64,000 nucleotides of DNA from an uncultured Lachnospiraceae bacterium (GCA_947630295.1 CANRGZ010000002.1:3224-67223), one strand, 5' to 3'. Positions 11,143-21,464 are shown, counted from the stretch's first letter. Program-made: numbers and translations. Notes: generated by a model not told the origin, from the letters alone.

Positions 11143-12252
11143 TTACACCTCGGGAATAAAATTCACCGGAAGAATCATGTAAATATAGGATTCATTTTCA
11201 TCCTTAATAATACAGGGATTCTTCGCATTGACCATATAAAGAGATACTTCTTCGTCGTCAATGGCCCGCAGTGCATCTTTAATAAACTTCGGATTAAAGG
11301 CAATCATCAGATCCTTGCCTTCTTTTAAAATCTCCACTTCTTCGTTCATGGTACCGGAGAAGGATTTGATTTTAATACCCACATGATCGTCTCTGATATC
11401 CATAACCAGCGGTTTTTTGTCTGATTCATTAATCAGAAGCGTCGCCCGGTCAATGGAATCATACAGTTCATTTTTATTGGCTCTGACCTTAACCTGATAA
11501 TCAAAGGAAAGCATCTGATCGATCTTAAAGAACTCGCCTTCGATCACACGGGAAACTACTTTTGTATCTTCAAACTCAAACATGATATGGTTGCTGCTGA
11601 AATAGATTTCCACATCCTTGTCCATATCGCCTTCAATGATTTTGGTCAGATCATTCAGCGTCTTTCCCGGTACAATGCATTTTGTTTTTTCATAATTTTC
11701 CTTTAAGGAAATATTCCGGATGGAAATACGGCAGGAATCCAAAGCAGTAACCTTCAGATTATTTCCATTGACTTCAAAGCATTCTCCGGTCATCATCAGA
11801 TTGCTCTCATTTTCAGCAATTGAAAAAATGGTCTGTCCTATAATTTTCTTTAAAGAATACTGGCTGATGGTAACGCTCTGATTTTTAATCACATCCGGCA
11901 GTGCGGAAAACTCCTGTATATTTTTATAACCAATCACAAACCGGGCTTTTTCACAGGTGATTTTTACCTGATTGTTTTCAATGATCTGAATGCAGACCTC
12001 ATTATCAGGAAGCTTTCGGATGATATCGGAAAACAGTTTGGCATTGACTGCAATGGATCCGTTTTCAATCACCATGCCTTCAATGACGGTTTCAATGCCG
12101 ATCTCCATATCGTTTGCGGTAATTTTAATGGTGTTTCCGTAAGCATTGATCATAAAGCATTCCAGAATCGGCATCGTGGTTTTCGAAGGAACGGCTTTTG
12201 AAGCAATAGAAACCCCCTTTAAAAGATTGGATTTTGTGCATAAAAATTTCAT
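11143..12252 (-). CDS. dnaN: DNA polymerase III beta sliding clamp
   Basis: 369-aa ORF directly downstream of dnaA. Its length and N-terminus MKFLCTKSNLLKGVSIASKAV...PILECF are typical of beta clamps. Confidence 0.95.
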   Translation of the reverse strand: MKFLCTKSNLLKGVSIASKAVPSKTTMPILECFMINAYGNTIKITANDMEIGIETVIEGMVIENGSIAVNAKLFSDIIRKLPDNEVCIQIIENNQVKITCEKARFVIGYKNIQEFSALPDVIKNQSVTISQYSLKKIIGQTIFSIAENESNLMMTGECFEVNGNNLKVTALDSCRISIRNISLKENYEKTKCIVPGKTLNDLTKIIEGDMDKDVEIYFSSNHIMFEFEDTKVVSRVIEGEFFKIDQMLSFDYQVKVRANKNELYDSIDRATLLINESDKKPLVMDIRDDHVGIKIKSFSGTMNEEVEILKEGKDLMIAFNPKFIKDALRAIDDEEVSLYMVNAKNPCIIKDENESYIYMILPVNFIPEV

Positions 12253-12577
12253 GACGTTTTCCTTTCTGTAATTGATATAAAAATAAAATAAATTATATTA
12301 ATAATCGTCGTAGTAGTAATAGGTACTGTGGAAAAGTGGAAAAGCCTCCAATCCTTGAAAATCAAAGGATTTTTTATTTCTTGAAGCAGGTGGAAAAACT
12401 GTGGGGGAATCGTTAATAAATCCTTTGTTTTCCACTGGTTTGTTTTATTTATAAAAATTTCTTTTAAAAGAAAGGCGGTAACCGGAAAAAGATATCCACG
12501 AAAAATCATGATAATCCACTGAATATCCACAGGTTTTCCACCGAAAATATACAGAAATGTGAAGAACCGGTGGATAT
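12253..12577. other. oriC part 2 (dnaA-dnaN intergenic DnaA-box cluster plus AT-rich unwinding-type segment)
   Basis: Near-consensus DnaA boxes (TTATCCACA / TGTGGATAA) include TGTGGAAAA 12327-12335 and ATATCCACA 12523-12531. Weaker copies are GGTGGAAAA about 12389, TTTTCCACT about 12428, ATATCCACG about 12492, TAATCCACT about 12512, TTTTCCACC about 12534 and GGTGGATAT 12569-12577. An AT-rich block at 12268-12310 abuts dnaN. Confidence 0.8.
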
Positions 12578-13912
12578 TTACGGGTTGATCAGTTTCTTGA
12601 TTAAATCTACTTTTTCTTTTAATTCCGCGTTTTTATCAAGGTTCTTTTTGATATTTTCTTCGCCGTACATAATGGTAGTATGATCCCGGTTTAAGAGTTT
12701 GCCGAGATCGGAAAGAGAAATATCCGTATACTGCCGGCAAAGATACATGACCACCTGTCTCGGTACGTTGATGTAGGCGTTTCGTTTGGAAGATTTCATT
12801 TCTTCCAGACTGACGTCATAAGTGCTGCAGACAATCTGAATGATGGATTCCGGTGTGATCATCTTGGGGGCGTCGGGAGAAATGATGTCTTTCAGTTCCC
12901 GTTCCGCCACTTCCATCGTCAGCTGCTGTGTGTTTTCCAGCTGGGTAAATGCAATCAGTTTGTTTAATGCGCCGTTTAATTCCCGAATATTGGATTTGAC
13001 GTTGGCGGCAATGTATTCCAGAATTTCTTTCGGAATATTGTAGCCTTTTTTTTCAATATTTTTTTCCAGAATGGCCATTCTGGTTTCATAATCCGGACTG
13101 GAAATATCCGCAATCAGTCCCATTTCAAACCGGGTGCGCAGACGCTCCTCCAGAGTTGTCAGATCTCTGGGCGGTTTATCGCTGGAAATGACAATCTGTT
13201 TTTTAAGCATATGCAGATGGTTAAAGGTGTGGAAAAATTCTTCCTGGGTTCGGTCTTTGTTGATAATAAACTGAATATCATCAATTAAGAGCACGTCAAT
13301 GTTGCGGTATTTTTCCCGAAACTGCAGTCCGTTGTTGTTGCTGTTTCGAATGGAATCGATCAGTTCATTGGTAAAGGTTTCGCTGGTGACGTATAAAACG
13401 TTTTTATCCGGTTTCGTTTTGTTAATGTAATGGGCGATGGAATGCATCAGATGGGTTTTTCCCAGTCCCACACCGGAATAGATAAAAAGCGGATTGTACA
13501 CCTCTCCGGGACTTTCCGCCACTGCCAGCGCAGCGGAATAGGCGAAGCGGTTATTGTCACTGACGACAAAGTTCTCAAAGGTGTACATGGAAGAACTGTA
13601 GCTTAAATCCATGTCGGCCGACGGACTTTTCTTTTCGTCTGCTTCCTGTATGTCTTTCTGCAGGATAAACTCGATTTCACAGCTTTTTCCGATGAATTCT
13701 CCGATGGAAACCTGCAGAGGAAGTTTATATTTTCGGTTCAGATAGTCGATGGCCATCATATTGTTATTGGTTACAATGATATAAACTTTGTCCCCTTCCA
13801 TTTTATAGGGCTTTAAAGGGCTTAACCAGCTGTCAAAGGAAACAGGGGAAATATTATGTTCTTTGCAGGTGTGCTCTAATATGAAATCCCAGTTTTCAAT
13901 AATGGTTTCCAT
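12578..13912 (-). CDS. dnaA: Chromosomal replication initiator DnaA
   Basis: Walker A GVGLGKTHLMH, Walker B LLIDDIQF and a C-terminal DNA-binding region (LLNRDHTTIMY). I set the start at ATG 13912 (METIIENW), preceded by GAAGTGAGG. The ORF-track TTG at 13939 is the alternative. Confidence 0.95.
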   Translation of the reverse strand: METIIENWDFILEHTCKEHNISPVSFDSWLSPLKPYKMEGDKVYIIVTNNNMMAIDYLNRKYKLPLQVSIGEFIGKSCEIEFILQKDIQEADEKKSPSADMDLSYSSSMYTFENFVVSDNNRFAYSAALAVAESPGEVYNPLFIYSGVGLGKTHLMHSIAHYINKTKPDKNVLYVTSETFTNELIDSIRNSNNNGLQFREKYRNIDVLLIDDIQFIINKDRTQEEFFHTFNHLHMLKKQIVISSDKPPRDLTTLEERLRTRFEMGLIADISSPDYETRMAILEKNIEKKGYNIPKEILEYIAANVKSNIRELNGALNKLIAFTQLENTQQLTMEVAERELKDIISPDAPKMITPESIIQIVCSTYDVSLEEMKSSKRNAYINVPRQVVMYLCRQYTDISLSDLGKLLNRDHTTIMYGEENIKKNLDKNAELKEKVDLIKKLINP

Positions 13913-14300
13913 TACGGACCTCACTTCTTTATGATTCAACGAAAATAACCTACTATGATTATAAAGGAAAAAGAAAAAAATAGCAACGAGTTATGAAAAT
14001 TGTTTTTACAGGAAATTTGTCGAAAGGGATCGATTTGGTTTACAATGAATTATCAATCAATTTTTTTAAATTGTTAAAAAGTGGAAAAAAATTGTTGTCG
14101 AAAAAAAACGCAAAAATGTGGAAAAAAAGGGGTTCAGGAGAATTTTATAAGAAAAAAAGCATAGTTTTCCACAGAGTTTTCCACAATTTGTGTAAAAAAT
14201 TACGTAAACCACTTTGGAAATCCACGAATGCTGATAAAAAAAGCCAATGGATGCCGGTGCGGGAAAAAGGAAAGGATACCGGAAGAAATGATATTTTTTT
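13913..14300. other. oriC part 1 (DnaA-box cluster upstream of dnaA)
   Basis: The region is very AT-rich. Boxes: TGTGGAAAA 14117-14125, TTTTCCACA 14165-14173, TTTTCCACA 14177-14185, AGTGGAAAA about 14090 and AAATCCACG about 14218. Confidence 0.75.
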
Positions 14301-14301
14301 C

Positions 14302-14330
14302 TTGACTTATAAAAACATTATAAATATAAT
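14302..14330 (+). promoter_or_regulatory. Sigma-A type promoter of rpmH-rnpA operon
   Basis: TTGACT (14302-14307), a 17-nt spacer, then TATAAT (14325-14330). Confidence 0.6.
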
Positions 14331-14395
14331 AGACATGATGCTTTTCTGTCAGAAGGAAATGACATGAAAATACAGAAAAAAGGAGGTGTGTTGCG

Positions 14396-14530
14396 ATGAA
14401 GATGACATTCCAACCCAAGAACAGGCAGAGAAACAAAGTACATGGGTTCCGTGCCAGAATGCATACGCCAGGCGGAAGAAAAGTTTTAGCAGCCAGAAGA
14501 GCAAAAGGAAGAAAAGTATTATCAGCATAA
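14396..14530 (+). CDS. rpmH: 50S ribosomal protein L34
   Basis: Absent from the ORF track because it is under 60 aa. Hand translation gives [53 protein letters not shown] lies 9 nt upstream. Confidence 0.95.
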   Translation: MKMTFQPKNRQRNKVHGFRARMHTPGGRKVLAARRAKGRKVLSA

Positions 14531-14558
14531 GGCCGCGTTTTGTGGCCTTTGTTTTTTT
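14529..14558 (+). terminator. Weak hairpin plus T-run between rpmH and rnpA (partial terminator/attenuator)
   Basis: Stem AAGGCC (14529-14534) / GGCCTT (14544-14549), followed by TGTTTTTTT. Confidence 0.4.
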
Positions 14559-14611
14559 ACGGTGAAAAAAACAACAAAACAGAAAAGCATGCAGCTGTTC
14601 AGGGAGGCGTT

Positions 14612-14968
14612 ATGAAGTTTTCGGAATCCTTGAAAAAAAATTCTGACTTTCAGGCTGTTTACGGAGAAAAGAATTCCCTGGCGAATCGTTCTCTTGTGAT
14701 GTATGTCAGAAAAAACGGTCTGGAAAAAAACAGACTGGGCATCAGTGTCAGCAAAAAAGTCGGAAACAGTGTCGTAAGACACCGTATCACAAGATTGATA
14801 AGAGAAAGCTATCGTTTGAATGAACACCGGTTTTTGCCGGGATACGATTTTGTTGTCGTAGCAAGAATTTATTCAAAAGGAAAATCGCAAAGGGAGATAG
14901 AGAGTTCCCTGCTGCACCTGGCAGGCCTTCATAAGATTACAGTAAATTATGAAAAAGATTTTGATTGA
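14612..14968 (+). CDS. rnpA: Ribonuclease P protein component
   Basis: Start at ATG 14612, preceded by AGGGAGG. The sequence FQAVYGEKNSLANRSLVMYV...LGISVSKKVGNSVVRHRITRLIRE is the RnpA basic motif. It follows rpmH. Confidence 0.9.
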   Translation: MKFSESLKKNSDFQAVYGEKNSLANRSLVMYVRKNGLEKNRLGISVSKKVGNSVVRHRITRLIRESYRLNEHRFLPGYDFVVVARIYSKGKSQREIESSLLHLAGLHKITVNYEKDFD

Positions 14969-15161
14969 ACTCATCAGGTTTTACCAGAAAAACCTGTCGC
15001 CGTTAAAAAGATATAATTCCTGCAAATATATTCCATGCTGTTCCTGTTATGCAATACAGGCGCTGGAAAAATATGGGGCAGTCAAAGGATCTTTATTGGC
15101 GGCGAAGCGAATTTGTAAATGCAACCCTTTTTCCAGGGGCGGATTTGACCCTTTGCCCTAG
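14949..15161 (+). CDS. yidD: Membrane protein insertion efficiency factor YidD
   Basis: 70-aa ORF with LIRFYQKNLSP...CKYIPCCSCYAIQALEKYG...CNPFSRGGFDP, the YidD signature. Confidence 0.9.
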   Translation: MKKILIELIRFYQKNLSPLKRYNSCKYIPCCSCYAIQALEKYGAVKGSLLAAKRICKCNPFSRGGFDPLP

Positions 15162-15194
15162 GCTTTTATCAAAACCAGTATCAGGAGGATTGAT

Positions 15195-16493
15195 TTGTAC
15201 ACAAACATCTTATCACAGCCGGTATTATGTAACATTTTCGGCACCATCTGGGAATATATTAAAATTGCCCTGGGATGGATCATGCAGGGATGTTACTCTG
15301 TTCTGGATTTGATCGGAATTGACAATCTGGCGGCCTGTATTATCCTGTTCACGATTGTTATTTATTCCCTTCTGCTTCCTATGCAGATCAAAAACGCCAA
15401 ATTTCAGAAATTAAATTATGTAATGAATCCTGAAATTCAGGCGATCTCGAAGAAGTACAAAAACAAAACAGACAATGATTCGAGAATGAAACAGCAGCAG
15501 GAATTAAGCGATGTATATGAGAAATACGGCACCTCTCCCACCGGAGGCTGTCTGAATTCTTTTATACAGCTGCCGATTCTGTTTGCTGTTTACAGAGTGT
15601 TATACAATGTTCCGAATTATGTAAGAAGTATTTCGAAACTGTTCCAGGGACTGATCGCAAAAACAGGCGACATCAGCGGTTTTTCTGATAAATTTCTGGA
15701 AATGGCCAAAGCATCGGACAATATTCTGCTGACCAACTCCGTAAGAAATATCGAAAAGGTGACGTCAGGGAATCTGCCAAATATTTTCTACCAGTTCCGT
15801 TCCACGGACTGGAAAACCTTTACGGATGCGTTCCCTTCTATTGAAAAAGTGATTAACAGCACCAGAGGAACGCTGGATCATGTCAACAATTTCTTCGGCG
15901 TCAGTATTGCGGAAACGCCGAGCCTGATTCTGAAAAACAACTGGAGCGCCCATCACTACGGTTTTGTAGCCATTGCTATTCTGATTCCCGTATTATCGGG
16001 TGTGGCCCAGTGGCTGAGTTCCAAAGTGGTGCAGCAGCCGGAAACGGATAAAAGCAACACAGATGACACCGCGGCAGCCATGGCCAGCTCCATGAAAATG
16101 ATGATGGTGGTTATGCCGATTTTCTCCATTTATATCTGTTATACGCTGCCTTTGGGTATCGGTATTTACTGGACCATGAGCGCTGTTTACAGAACCATTT
16201 CCCAGATATTTATCAATAAACGGATGAAGAAAATACCGGTAGAAGCACTGATTGCAAAGAATCAGGAAAAAATCAACAAAAAACGTAAGAAAAAGGGACT
16301 GCCGCCAAAACAGGTGTCCCAGGGCGCAAAGATCAATACCAGAAACATCAAACCCGGTGAAACAAGCGTTGCTTCCAATAAAAATAAAGAAGAAATCAGA
16401 AGAAATGCATCGGAAAGCAATAAAAGCTATACTTCCATCCGGGACAGAGTGAATATGGTACAGGATTATAATGAAAGAAACAAAAAGAAATAA
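15195..16493 (+). CDS. yidC: YidC/Oxa1-family membrane insertase with long basic C-terminal tail
   Basis: 432-aa multi-TM ORF following yidD. It contains MQPEIQAISKKYK-type and CLNSFIQLPILFAVY motifs and has a Lys/Arg-rich C-terminus. The TTG start at 15195 is uncertain. Confidence 0.85.
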   Translation: MYTNILSQPVLCNIFGTIWEYIKIALGWIMQGCYSVLDLIGIDNLAACIILFTIVIYSLLLPMQIKNAKFQKLNYVMNPEIQAISKKYKNKTDNDSRMKQQQELSDVYEKYGTSPTGGCLNSFIQLPILFAVYRVLYNVPNYVRSISKLFQGLIAKTGDISGFSDKFLEMAKASDNILLTNSVRNIEKVTSGNLPNIFYQFRSTDWKTFTDAFPSIEKVINSTRGTLDHVNNFFGVSIAETPSLILKNNWSAHHYGFVAIAILIPVLSGVAQWLSSKVVQQPETDKSNTDDTAAAMASSMKMMMVVMPIFSIYICYTLPLGIGIYWTMSAVYRTISQIFINKRMKKIPVEALIAKNQEKINKKRKKKGLPPKQVSQGAKINTRNIKPGETSVASNKNKEEIRRNASESNKSYTSIRDRVNMVQDYNERNKKK

Positions 16494-16503
16494 AGGAGCA
16501 TAA

Positions 16504-17385
16504 ATGGACGAAATCAGAGTTTCAGCAAAAACTGTGGACGACGCGCTGACAGAAGCGCTGATACAGTTAAGAACGACCAGCGATCAGGTCGAATATGAAG
16601 TGATCGAAAAAGGAACCAGCGGTTTCTTAGGTATCGGCGCAAAGCAGGCCGTTATCAATGTCAGAAGAAAAAGGCCGGAGAAAAAAGAGTATAAACCGGA
16701 AGTCAGAGAAGAAAGAAGCTATGAACCGAAGCCGGAAAGCCCGCTGAAGGAAAAAGAGCCGGAAGTTATCAAATCTGCTGAGAAAAAACCCGCGAAAAAA
16801 GCAGAAAAGCCGGTGGAAAAAGAGGAAAGAAAACCTCAGGAAAAAGCAGCGAAGGAAGAGCCGGAAACCATGCCGGCGAAAAAGGAAAAACAGATCAGCC
16901 CGCTGACGGATGCGGAAGAAGAAGCTATTCTGGAAAAAGCGAAATCTTTTTTATCTGATATTTTCAAAGCCATGAACATGGAAGTGGAGATTGAAGCAAC
17001 GGTAGAAAAAAACACCCGCCTGTTAAACATCAATCTGAACGGCGAAAACATGGGCATTCTGATCGGCAAGCACGGACAGAACCTGAATTCTCTGGAATAT
17101 CTGGTTCGGCTGGTCATTAACAAGAACCATCACGGTGATGAATACATTCATGTAAAGATGGATACGGAAAATTATCGCCGCCGCAGAAAGAACACGCTGG
17201 AGATTCTTGCCAGGAACATGGCGTACAAAGTAAAGAAAACAAGAAGAAGCGTAGTCCTGGAACCCATGAATCCCTATGAAAGAAGAGTGATTCATTCCGC
17301 ACTGCAGCATGACCGCTTTGTGGAAACCCACAGTGAAGGGGAAGAACCCAACAGACGGGTTGTAATCACATTGAAAAAATATTAA
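16504..17385 (+). CDS. jag: Jag/KhpB RNA-binding protein (Jag_N, KH, R3H)
   Basis: N-terminal Jag domain, an E/K/P-rich linker, and C-terminal LEPMNPYERRVIHSAL (R3H). It occupies the conserved position after yidC. Confidence 0.9.
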   Translation: MDEIRVSAKTVDDALTEALIQLRTTSDQVEYEVIEKGTSGFLGIGAKQAVINVRRKRPEKKEYKPEVREERSYEPKPESPLKEKEPEVIKSAEKKPAKKAEKPVEKEERKPQEKAAKEEPETMPAKKEKQISPLTDAEEEAILEKAKSFLSDIFKAMNMEVEIEATVEKNTRLLNINLNGENMGILIGKHGQNLNSLEYLVRLVINKNHHGDEYIHVKMDTENYRRRRKNTLEILARNMAYKVKKTRRSVVLEPMNPYERRVIHSALQHDRFVETHSEGEEPNRRVVITLKKY

Positions 17386-17392
17386 AATTTTC

Positions 17393-17424
17393 AGAAAAGA
17401 GTTTGATTTTCAAACTCTTTTCTT
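17393..17424 (+). terminator. Rho-independent terminator after jag
   Basis: 14-bp perfect stem AGAAAAGAGTTTGA (17393-17406) / TCAAACTCTTTTCT (17410-17423) with a 3-nt loop and a T-rich 3' arm. Confidence 0.6.
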
Positions 17425-17470
17425 GCATTATAGAAGAAAGAAACCGACAGAGGGAAAGGACGGTATATCG

Positions 17471-18844
17471 ATGCATCAGGATACCATTGCCGCTGTGGCC
17501 ACGCCCCTCGGAAACGGCGGGATTTCCGTGATCCGAATCAGCGGCAGCGATGCCGTGAAATTCGCGGACCGTGTTTTTGTATACGGACAGGGACAGAAGC
17601 TTTCCGAGTCCCAAAGCCATGTGTTTCATTACGGACATGCGGTCTTTGGCGATAAAATCATAGATGAATGTATGGCGGTGGTTATGCGTGCCCCGCGCAG
17701 CTATACCAGAGAGGACTGTGTGGAAATCCATTGCCATGGCGGCGCGCTGGTGACGAAGACCGTGCTGGAAGCCCTGTTTGCGGCAGGCGCGGTGCCGGCG
17801 GAACCGGGAGAGTTTACGAAACGCGCCTTTTTCAACGGCCGAATCGACCTGACGGAAGCAGAAGCCGTGATGGACGTCATTGCCTCGGAAAACCGCTACG
17901 CCCTGGATTGTTCCATGCATCAGTTAAACGGACAGCTGCGGAAAGAAATCAGCCGGCTGCGGCAGCGGATCCTGGAAGAAACGGCGCGGATCGAAGCAGC
18001 CATCGATGATCCGGAGCATTACGCTCTGGAAGATTACGGAAGGCAGCTGGAACAGATCCTGCAGCCGGTGTTGGAACGAATCGATACGCTGCAGGCTTCG
18101 TTTGACGACGGACGGCTGCTCAAAGAGGGGATCCGGACGGTGATCATCGGAAAACCCAACGCCGGGAAATCTTCTATTTTGAATTACCTGTCCGGCCGGG
18201 ACCGGGCCATTGTCACCGAGATTCCTGGCACCACCAGAGACACCCTGGAAGAAAATATTGTACTGGACGGACTGCAGCTGATTGTAACGGACACGGCGGG
18301 GATCCATGACACGAAAGATAAGGTGGAAAGCATCGGCATCGATAAGGCAAAGGAAGCGATCGAGGGCGCGGATCTGGTGCTGTTTGTGCTGGACTCCTTT
18401 GCGGGGTATGAAGACAGCGACGAAGAAATCCTGTCTATGATCCGGGAGAAAAAGACCATTGTGCTTTTGAATAAAACCGATCTGGAACAAAACATTCAAA
18501 AAGAAACGCTGGAAAAGGCGCTGCCCTTCCCTGTGATCGATTTTTCCGCGGCGGAATCCAGGGGCAAGGAAGCCCTTGGGGCGCTGCTGAAGGATATGTT
18601 GTTTGCGGGAAAGCTGGAAACGGATCACCAGATCTATATTACCAGTCTGCGGCAGAAAAACCTGCTGGCACAGGCGAAGGAATTTCTGGAAAACGTCATG
18701 GAAAGTATACGGCTAAAGCTCCCGGAGGATTTTTATTTTATCGATCTTTACGCGGCGTATACAAAGCTGGGGGAAATCTCCGGAGATACGGTGGACGAAG
18801 ACATTATTAATGAAATATTCAGTAAGTTTTGTATGGGAAAGTGA
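17471..18844 (+). CDS. mnmE: tRNA modification GTPase MnmE
   Basis: Start at ATG 17471 (MHQDTIAAVATPLGNGGISVIRISG). G-domain motifs GKPNAGKSS and DTAG are present, with the C-terminal FCMGK motif. Confidence 0.95.
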   Translation: MHQDTIAAVATPLGNGGISVIRISGSDAVKFADRVFVYGQGQKLSESQSHVFHYGHAVFGDKIIDECMAVVMRAPRSYTREDCVEIHCHGGALVTKTVLEALFAAGAVPAEPGEFTKRAFFNGRIDLTEAEAVMDVIASENRYALDCSMHQLNGQLRKEISRLRQRILEETARIEAAIDDPEHYALEDYGRQLEQILQPVLERIDTLQASFDDGRLLKEGIRTVIIGKPNAGKSSILNYLSGRDRAIVTEIPGTTRDTLEENIVLDGLQLIVTDTAGIHDTKDKVESIGIDKAKEAIEGADLVLFVLDSFAGYEDSDEEILSMIREKKTIVLLNKTDLEQNIQKETLEKALPFPVIDFSAAESRGKEALGALLKDMLFAGKLETDHQIYITSLRQKNLLAQAKEFLENVMESIRLKLPEDFYFIDLYAAYTKLGEISGDTVDEDIINEIFSKFCMGK

Positions 18845-18850
18845 CAAACG

Positions 18851-20752
18851 ATGGCATATTTAACGGAAAACTATGATATTGCAGTGGTGGGGGCCGGACA
18901 TGCCGGCTGTGAAGCGGCGCTGGCTGCGGCAAGACTGGGACTGGAAACGGTGATCTTTACGATCAGCGTCAGTTCCGTTGCCATGATGCCCTGCAATCCC
19001 AATATCGGCGGTACTTCCAAGGGACATATCGTCCGGGAGGTGGACGCGCTGGGCGGCGAAATGGCAAAAAATATCGACAAAACCTTTATTCAGTCCCGGA
19101 TGCTGAATGCGTCCAGAGGGCCGGCGGTACATTCGCTCCGGGCCCAGGCAGACAAGGAGGCCTACAGCCGGGAGATGCGGAAAACCATTGAAAACACGCC
19201 GCATCTGACCCTGAAACAGGCGGAGGTTTCTGAAATTGTTGTAGAGGAAGGAAAACTGCAGGCAGTCAAAACCGTTTCCGGCGCCACCTATTACTGCAAG
19301 GCCGCGGTACTTTGTACCGGAACCTATCTGAACGCCCGCTGCGTTTTCGGCGACGTTTCCACAAAAACAGGGCCAAACGGCCTGCAGGCGGCCACGCATC
19401 TGACAAAGTCTCTGCAGGAGAACGGAATATCCATGTATCGGTTTAAAACCGGCACCCCGGCCAGAATCGATAAACGCAGCATCGATTTTTCCGTCATGGA
19501 GGAGCAGAAAGGGGACGTGCCCATTGTGCCCTTTTCCTTTGAAACCGACCGGGACAGTATTCAGAAAGAACAGGTGTCCTGTTATCTTACCTATACCAAT
19601 GAAACCACCCATGAAATCATCCGGAACAATATCGACCGATCGCCGTTGTTTTCCGGTAATATCAAAGGCACCGGCCCCAGATACTGCCCTTCCATTGAGG
19701 ATAAGGTGATGCGTTTTGCCGACAAGACCAGGCATCAGGTGTTCATCGAGCCGGAGGGGCTGGAAACCAATGAAATGTATATCAGCGGCATGAGCTCCTC
19801 TCTGCCGGAGGACGTGCAGTATGCCATGTATCGTTCGGTGAAGGGCATGGAGCAGGCAAAAATCGTAAAAAACGCCTATGCCATCGAATATGACTGCATC
19901 GACGCCCGGCAGCTGAAATCCTCGCTGGAATTTCAGGCCATCGACGGATTGTTCAGCGGGGGACAGTTCAACGGCAGCAGCGGCTATGAGGAAGCTGCCG
20001 GACAGGGACTGATCGCAGGCATCAACGCCGCGATGAAGGTGCTGGGAAAAGAACCGCTGATTCTGAAACGTTCCGACGGGTATATCGGGGTACTCATCGA
20101 CGATCTGGTGACGAAGGAAAGCCATGAACCCTATCGGATGATGACTTCCCGGAGCGAATACCGGCTGCTGCTGCGGCAGGACAACGCGGATCTTCGGCTG
20201 ACGCCCTACGGATACCGGGTAGGCCTGATTCCCGAAGAACGCTATCAGCGTCTGATGCAGAAAAAGAAAATGATTTCCGATGAAATCCGGCGGGTCAATG
20301 AAACTATGATCGGCGCAAAGGATGAGGTGCAGGCATTTTTGAAGGAATGCGGCAGTACGCCTTTGGATCACGGTGTTTCCCTGTCCGAACTGGTGCGCAG
20401 ACCGGAACTGGATTATGATATGTTAAGACCAATTGACCCTGAACGAAAAGAACTTCCGGTTCAGGTGCGGGAACAGGTAAACATACAGGTGAAATATGAA
20501 GGATACATTACCAGGCAGGAGCGGCAGGTACAGCAGTTTGCCAGGCTGGAAAAGCTGAAGCTGCCTGCGGACATCGACTACGAAACCGTCCCGTCCCTGC
20601 GGATCGAAGCCCGGCAGAAGCTTTCCGCCATACGGCCGGAATCCATCGGCCAGGCTTCCCGGATTTCCGGCGTTTCTCCCTCGGATGTGGCGGTGCTGCT
20701 GGTCTATATGGAACAGCGGCGGCAAAGAAAGGAACACAAAGATGAAGTATGA
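18851..20752 (+). CDS. mnmG: tRNA uridine 5-carboxymethylaminomethyl modification enzyme MnmG (GidA)
   Basis: 633-aa ORF with the FAD motif [12 protein letters not shown] and GTTCNPSIGG-like [12 protein letters not shown]. Confidence 0.95.
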   Translation: MAYLTENYDIAVVGAGHAGCEAALAAARLGLETVIFTISVSSVAMMPCNPNIGGTSKGHIVREVDALGGEMAKNIDKTFIQSRMLNASRGPAVHSLRAQADKEAYSREMRKTIENTPHLTLKQAEVSEIVVEEGKLQAVKTVSGATYYCKAAVLCTGTYLNARCVFGDVSTKTGPNGLQAATHLTKSLQENGISMYRFKTGTPARIDKRSIDFSVMEEQKGDVPIVPFSFETDRDSIQKEQVSCYLTYTNETTHEIIRNNIDRSPLFSGNIKGTGPRYCPSIEDKVMRFADKTRHQVFIEPEGLETNEMYISGMSSSLPEDVQYAMYRSVKGMEQAKIVKNAYAIEYDCIDARQLKSSLEFQAIDGLFSGGQFNGSSGYEEAAGQGLIAGINAAMKVLGKEPLILKRSDGYIGVLIDDLVTKESHEPYRMMTSRSEYRLLLRQDNADLRLTPYGYRVGLIPEERYQRLMQKKKMISDEIRRVNETMIGAKDEVQAFLKECGSTPLDHGVSLSELVRRPELDYDMLRPIDPERKELPVQVREQVNIQVKYEGYITRQERQVQQFARLEKLKLPADIDYETVPSLRIEARQKLSAIRPESIGQASRISGVSPSDVAVLLVYMEQRRQRKEHKDEV

Positions 20753-21464
20753 CTGGACTTTGTTTTTATCGGGACTGGAGGATCTGGACATTCATCTGAG
20801 CAAGCGGCAGATGGAACAGTTTGAACAGTATTACGATCTGCTGATCGAGACAAATCAGAAAATGAACCTAACGGCCATCACCGCATGGGAAGATGTGGTG
20901 CGCAAGCATTTTATCGACAGCCTCTCTTTGGTGACCGCTGTAGAGGCGGAGGATATCAGCCGGCTGATCGATGTGGGCACCGGGGCGGGATTTCCCGGGA
21001 TCCCGCTGAAGATCGCTTTTCCGGAAATGGAAATCACCCTTTTCGATTCCCTTAGCAAGCGGGTACAGTTTCTGCAGAGGGTGATCGATGCGCTGCAGCT
21101 GAAAAAAATCAAAGCGATTCATGCCCGGGCGGAGGATCTGGCACAGGACAAAAAATACCGGGAACGCTATGACGTCTGTGTATCCCGGGCGGTGGCCCGG
21201 CTTTCGGTGTTGGCGGAATACTGCCTGCCCTTTGTAGAGGAAGGCGGCCTGTTCATTGCCTATAAGGGGCAGGACGTGACACAGGAATGTAAACAAAGCG
21301 AAGCTGCGGTGGAAACCCTGGGGGGCATCATGGCGGACGTACTGCTCTTCGATCTCCCGGATTCCGACATTGAACATTCCCTGGTGGTCATTGAAAAAGA
21401 ATCCCATACCCCGAAGCAGTATCCCAGAAAGGCGGGCCTGCCGGAAAAAAGGCCCCTTTCTTAA
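20742..21464 (+). CDS. rsmG: 16S rRNA (guanine527-N7)-methyltransferase RsmG
   Basis: Start at ATG 20742, overlapping the mnmG end by 11 nt. It has the SAM motif [16 protein letters not shown]. Confidence 0.9.
   Translation: MKYDWTLFLSGLEDLDIHLSKRQMEQFEQYYDLLIETNQKMNLTAITAWEDVVRKHFIDSLSLVTAVEAEDISRLIDVGTGAGFPGIPLKIAFPEMEITLFDSLSKRVQFLQRVIDALQLKKIKAIHARAEDLAQDKKYRERYDVCVSRAVARLSVLAEYCLPFVEEGGLFIAYKGQDVTQECKQSEAAVETLGGIMADVLLFDLPDSDIEHSLVVIEKESHTPKQYPRKAGLPEKRPLS

Noticed and set aside
12249-12530. 93-aa ORF in the dnaA-dnaN spacer, and the 124-aa ORF at 13993-14367
   Set aside because: Both lie in AT-rich intergenic DNA packed with DnaA boxes (oriC). Their translations are low-complexity Lys/Ile/Phe strings, and neither has an RBS.
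18860-20371. 503-aa ORF antisense to mnmG
   Set aside because: It lies entirely inside the well-supported mnmG gene on the other strand. Its composition is Arg/Gly/His/Pro-rich and of low complexity, as is typical of shadow ORFs in GC-rich coding DNA. It has no motif and no RBS.
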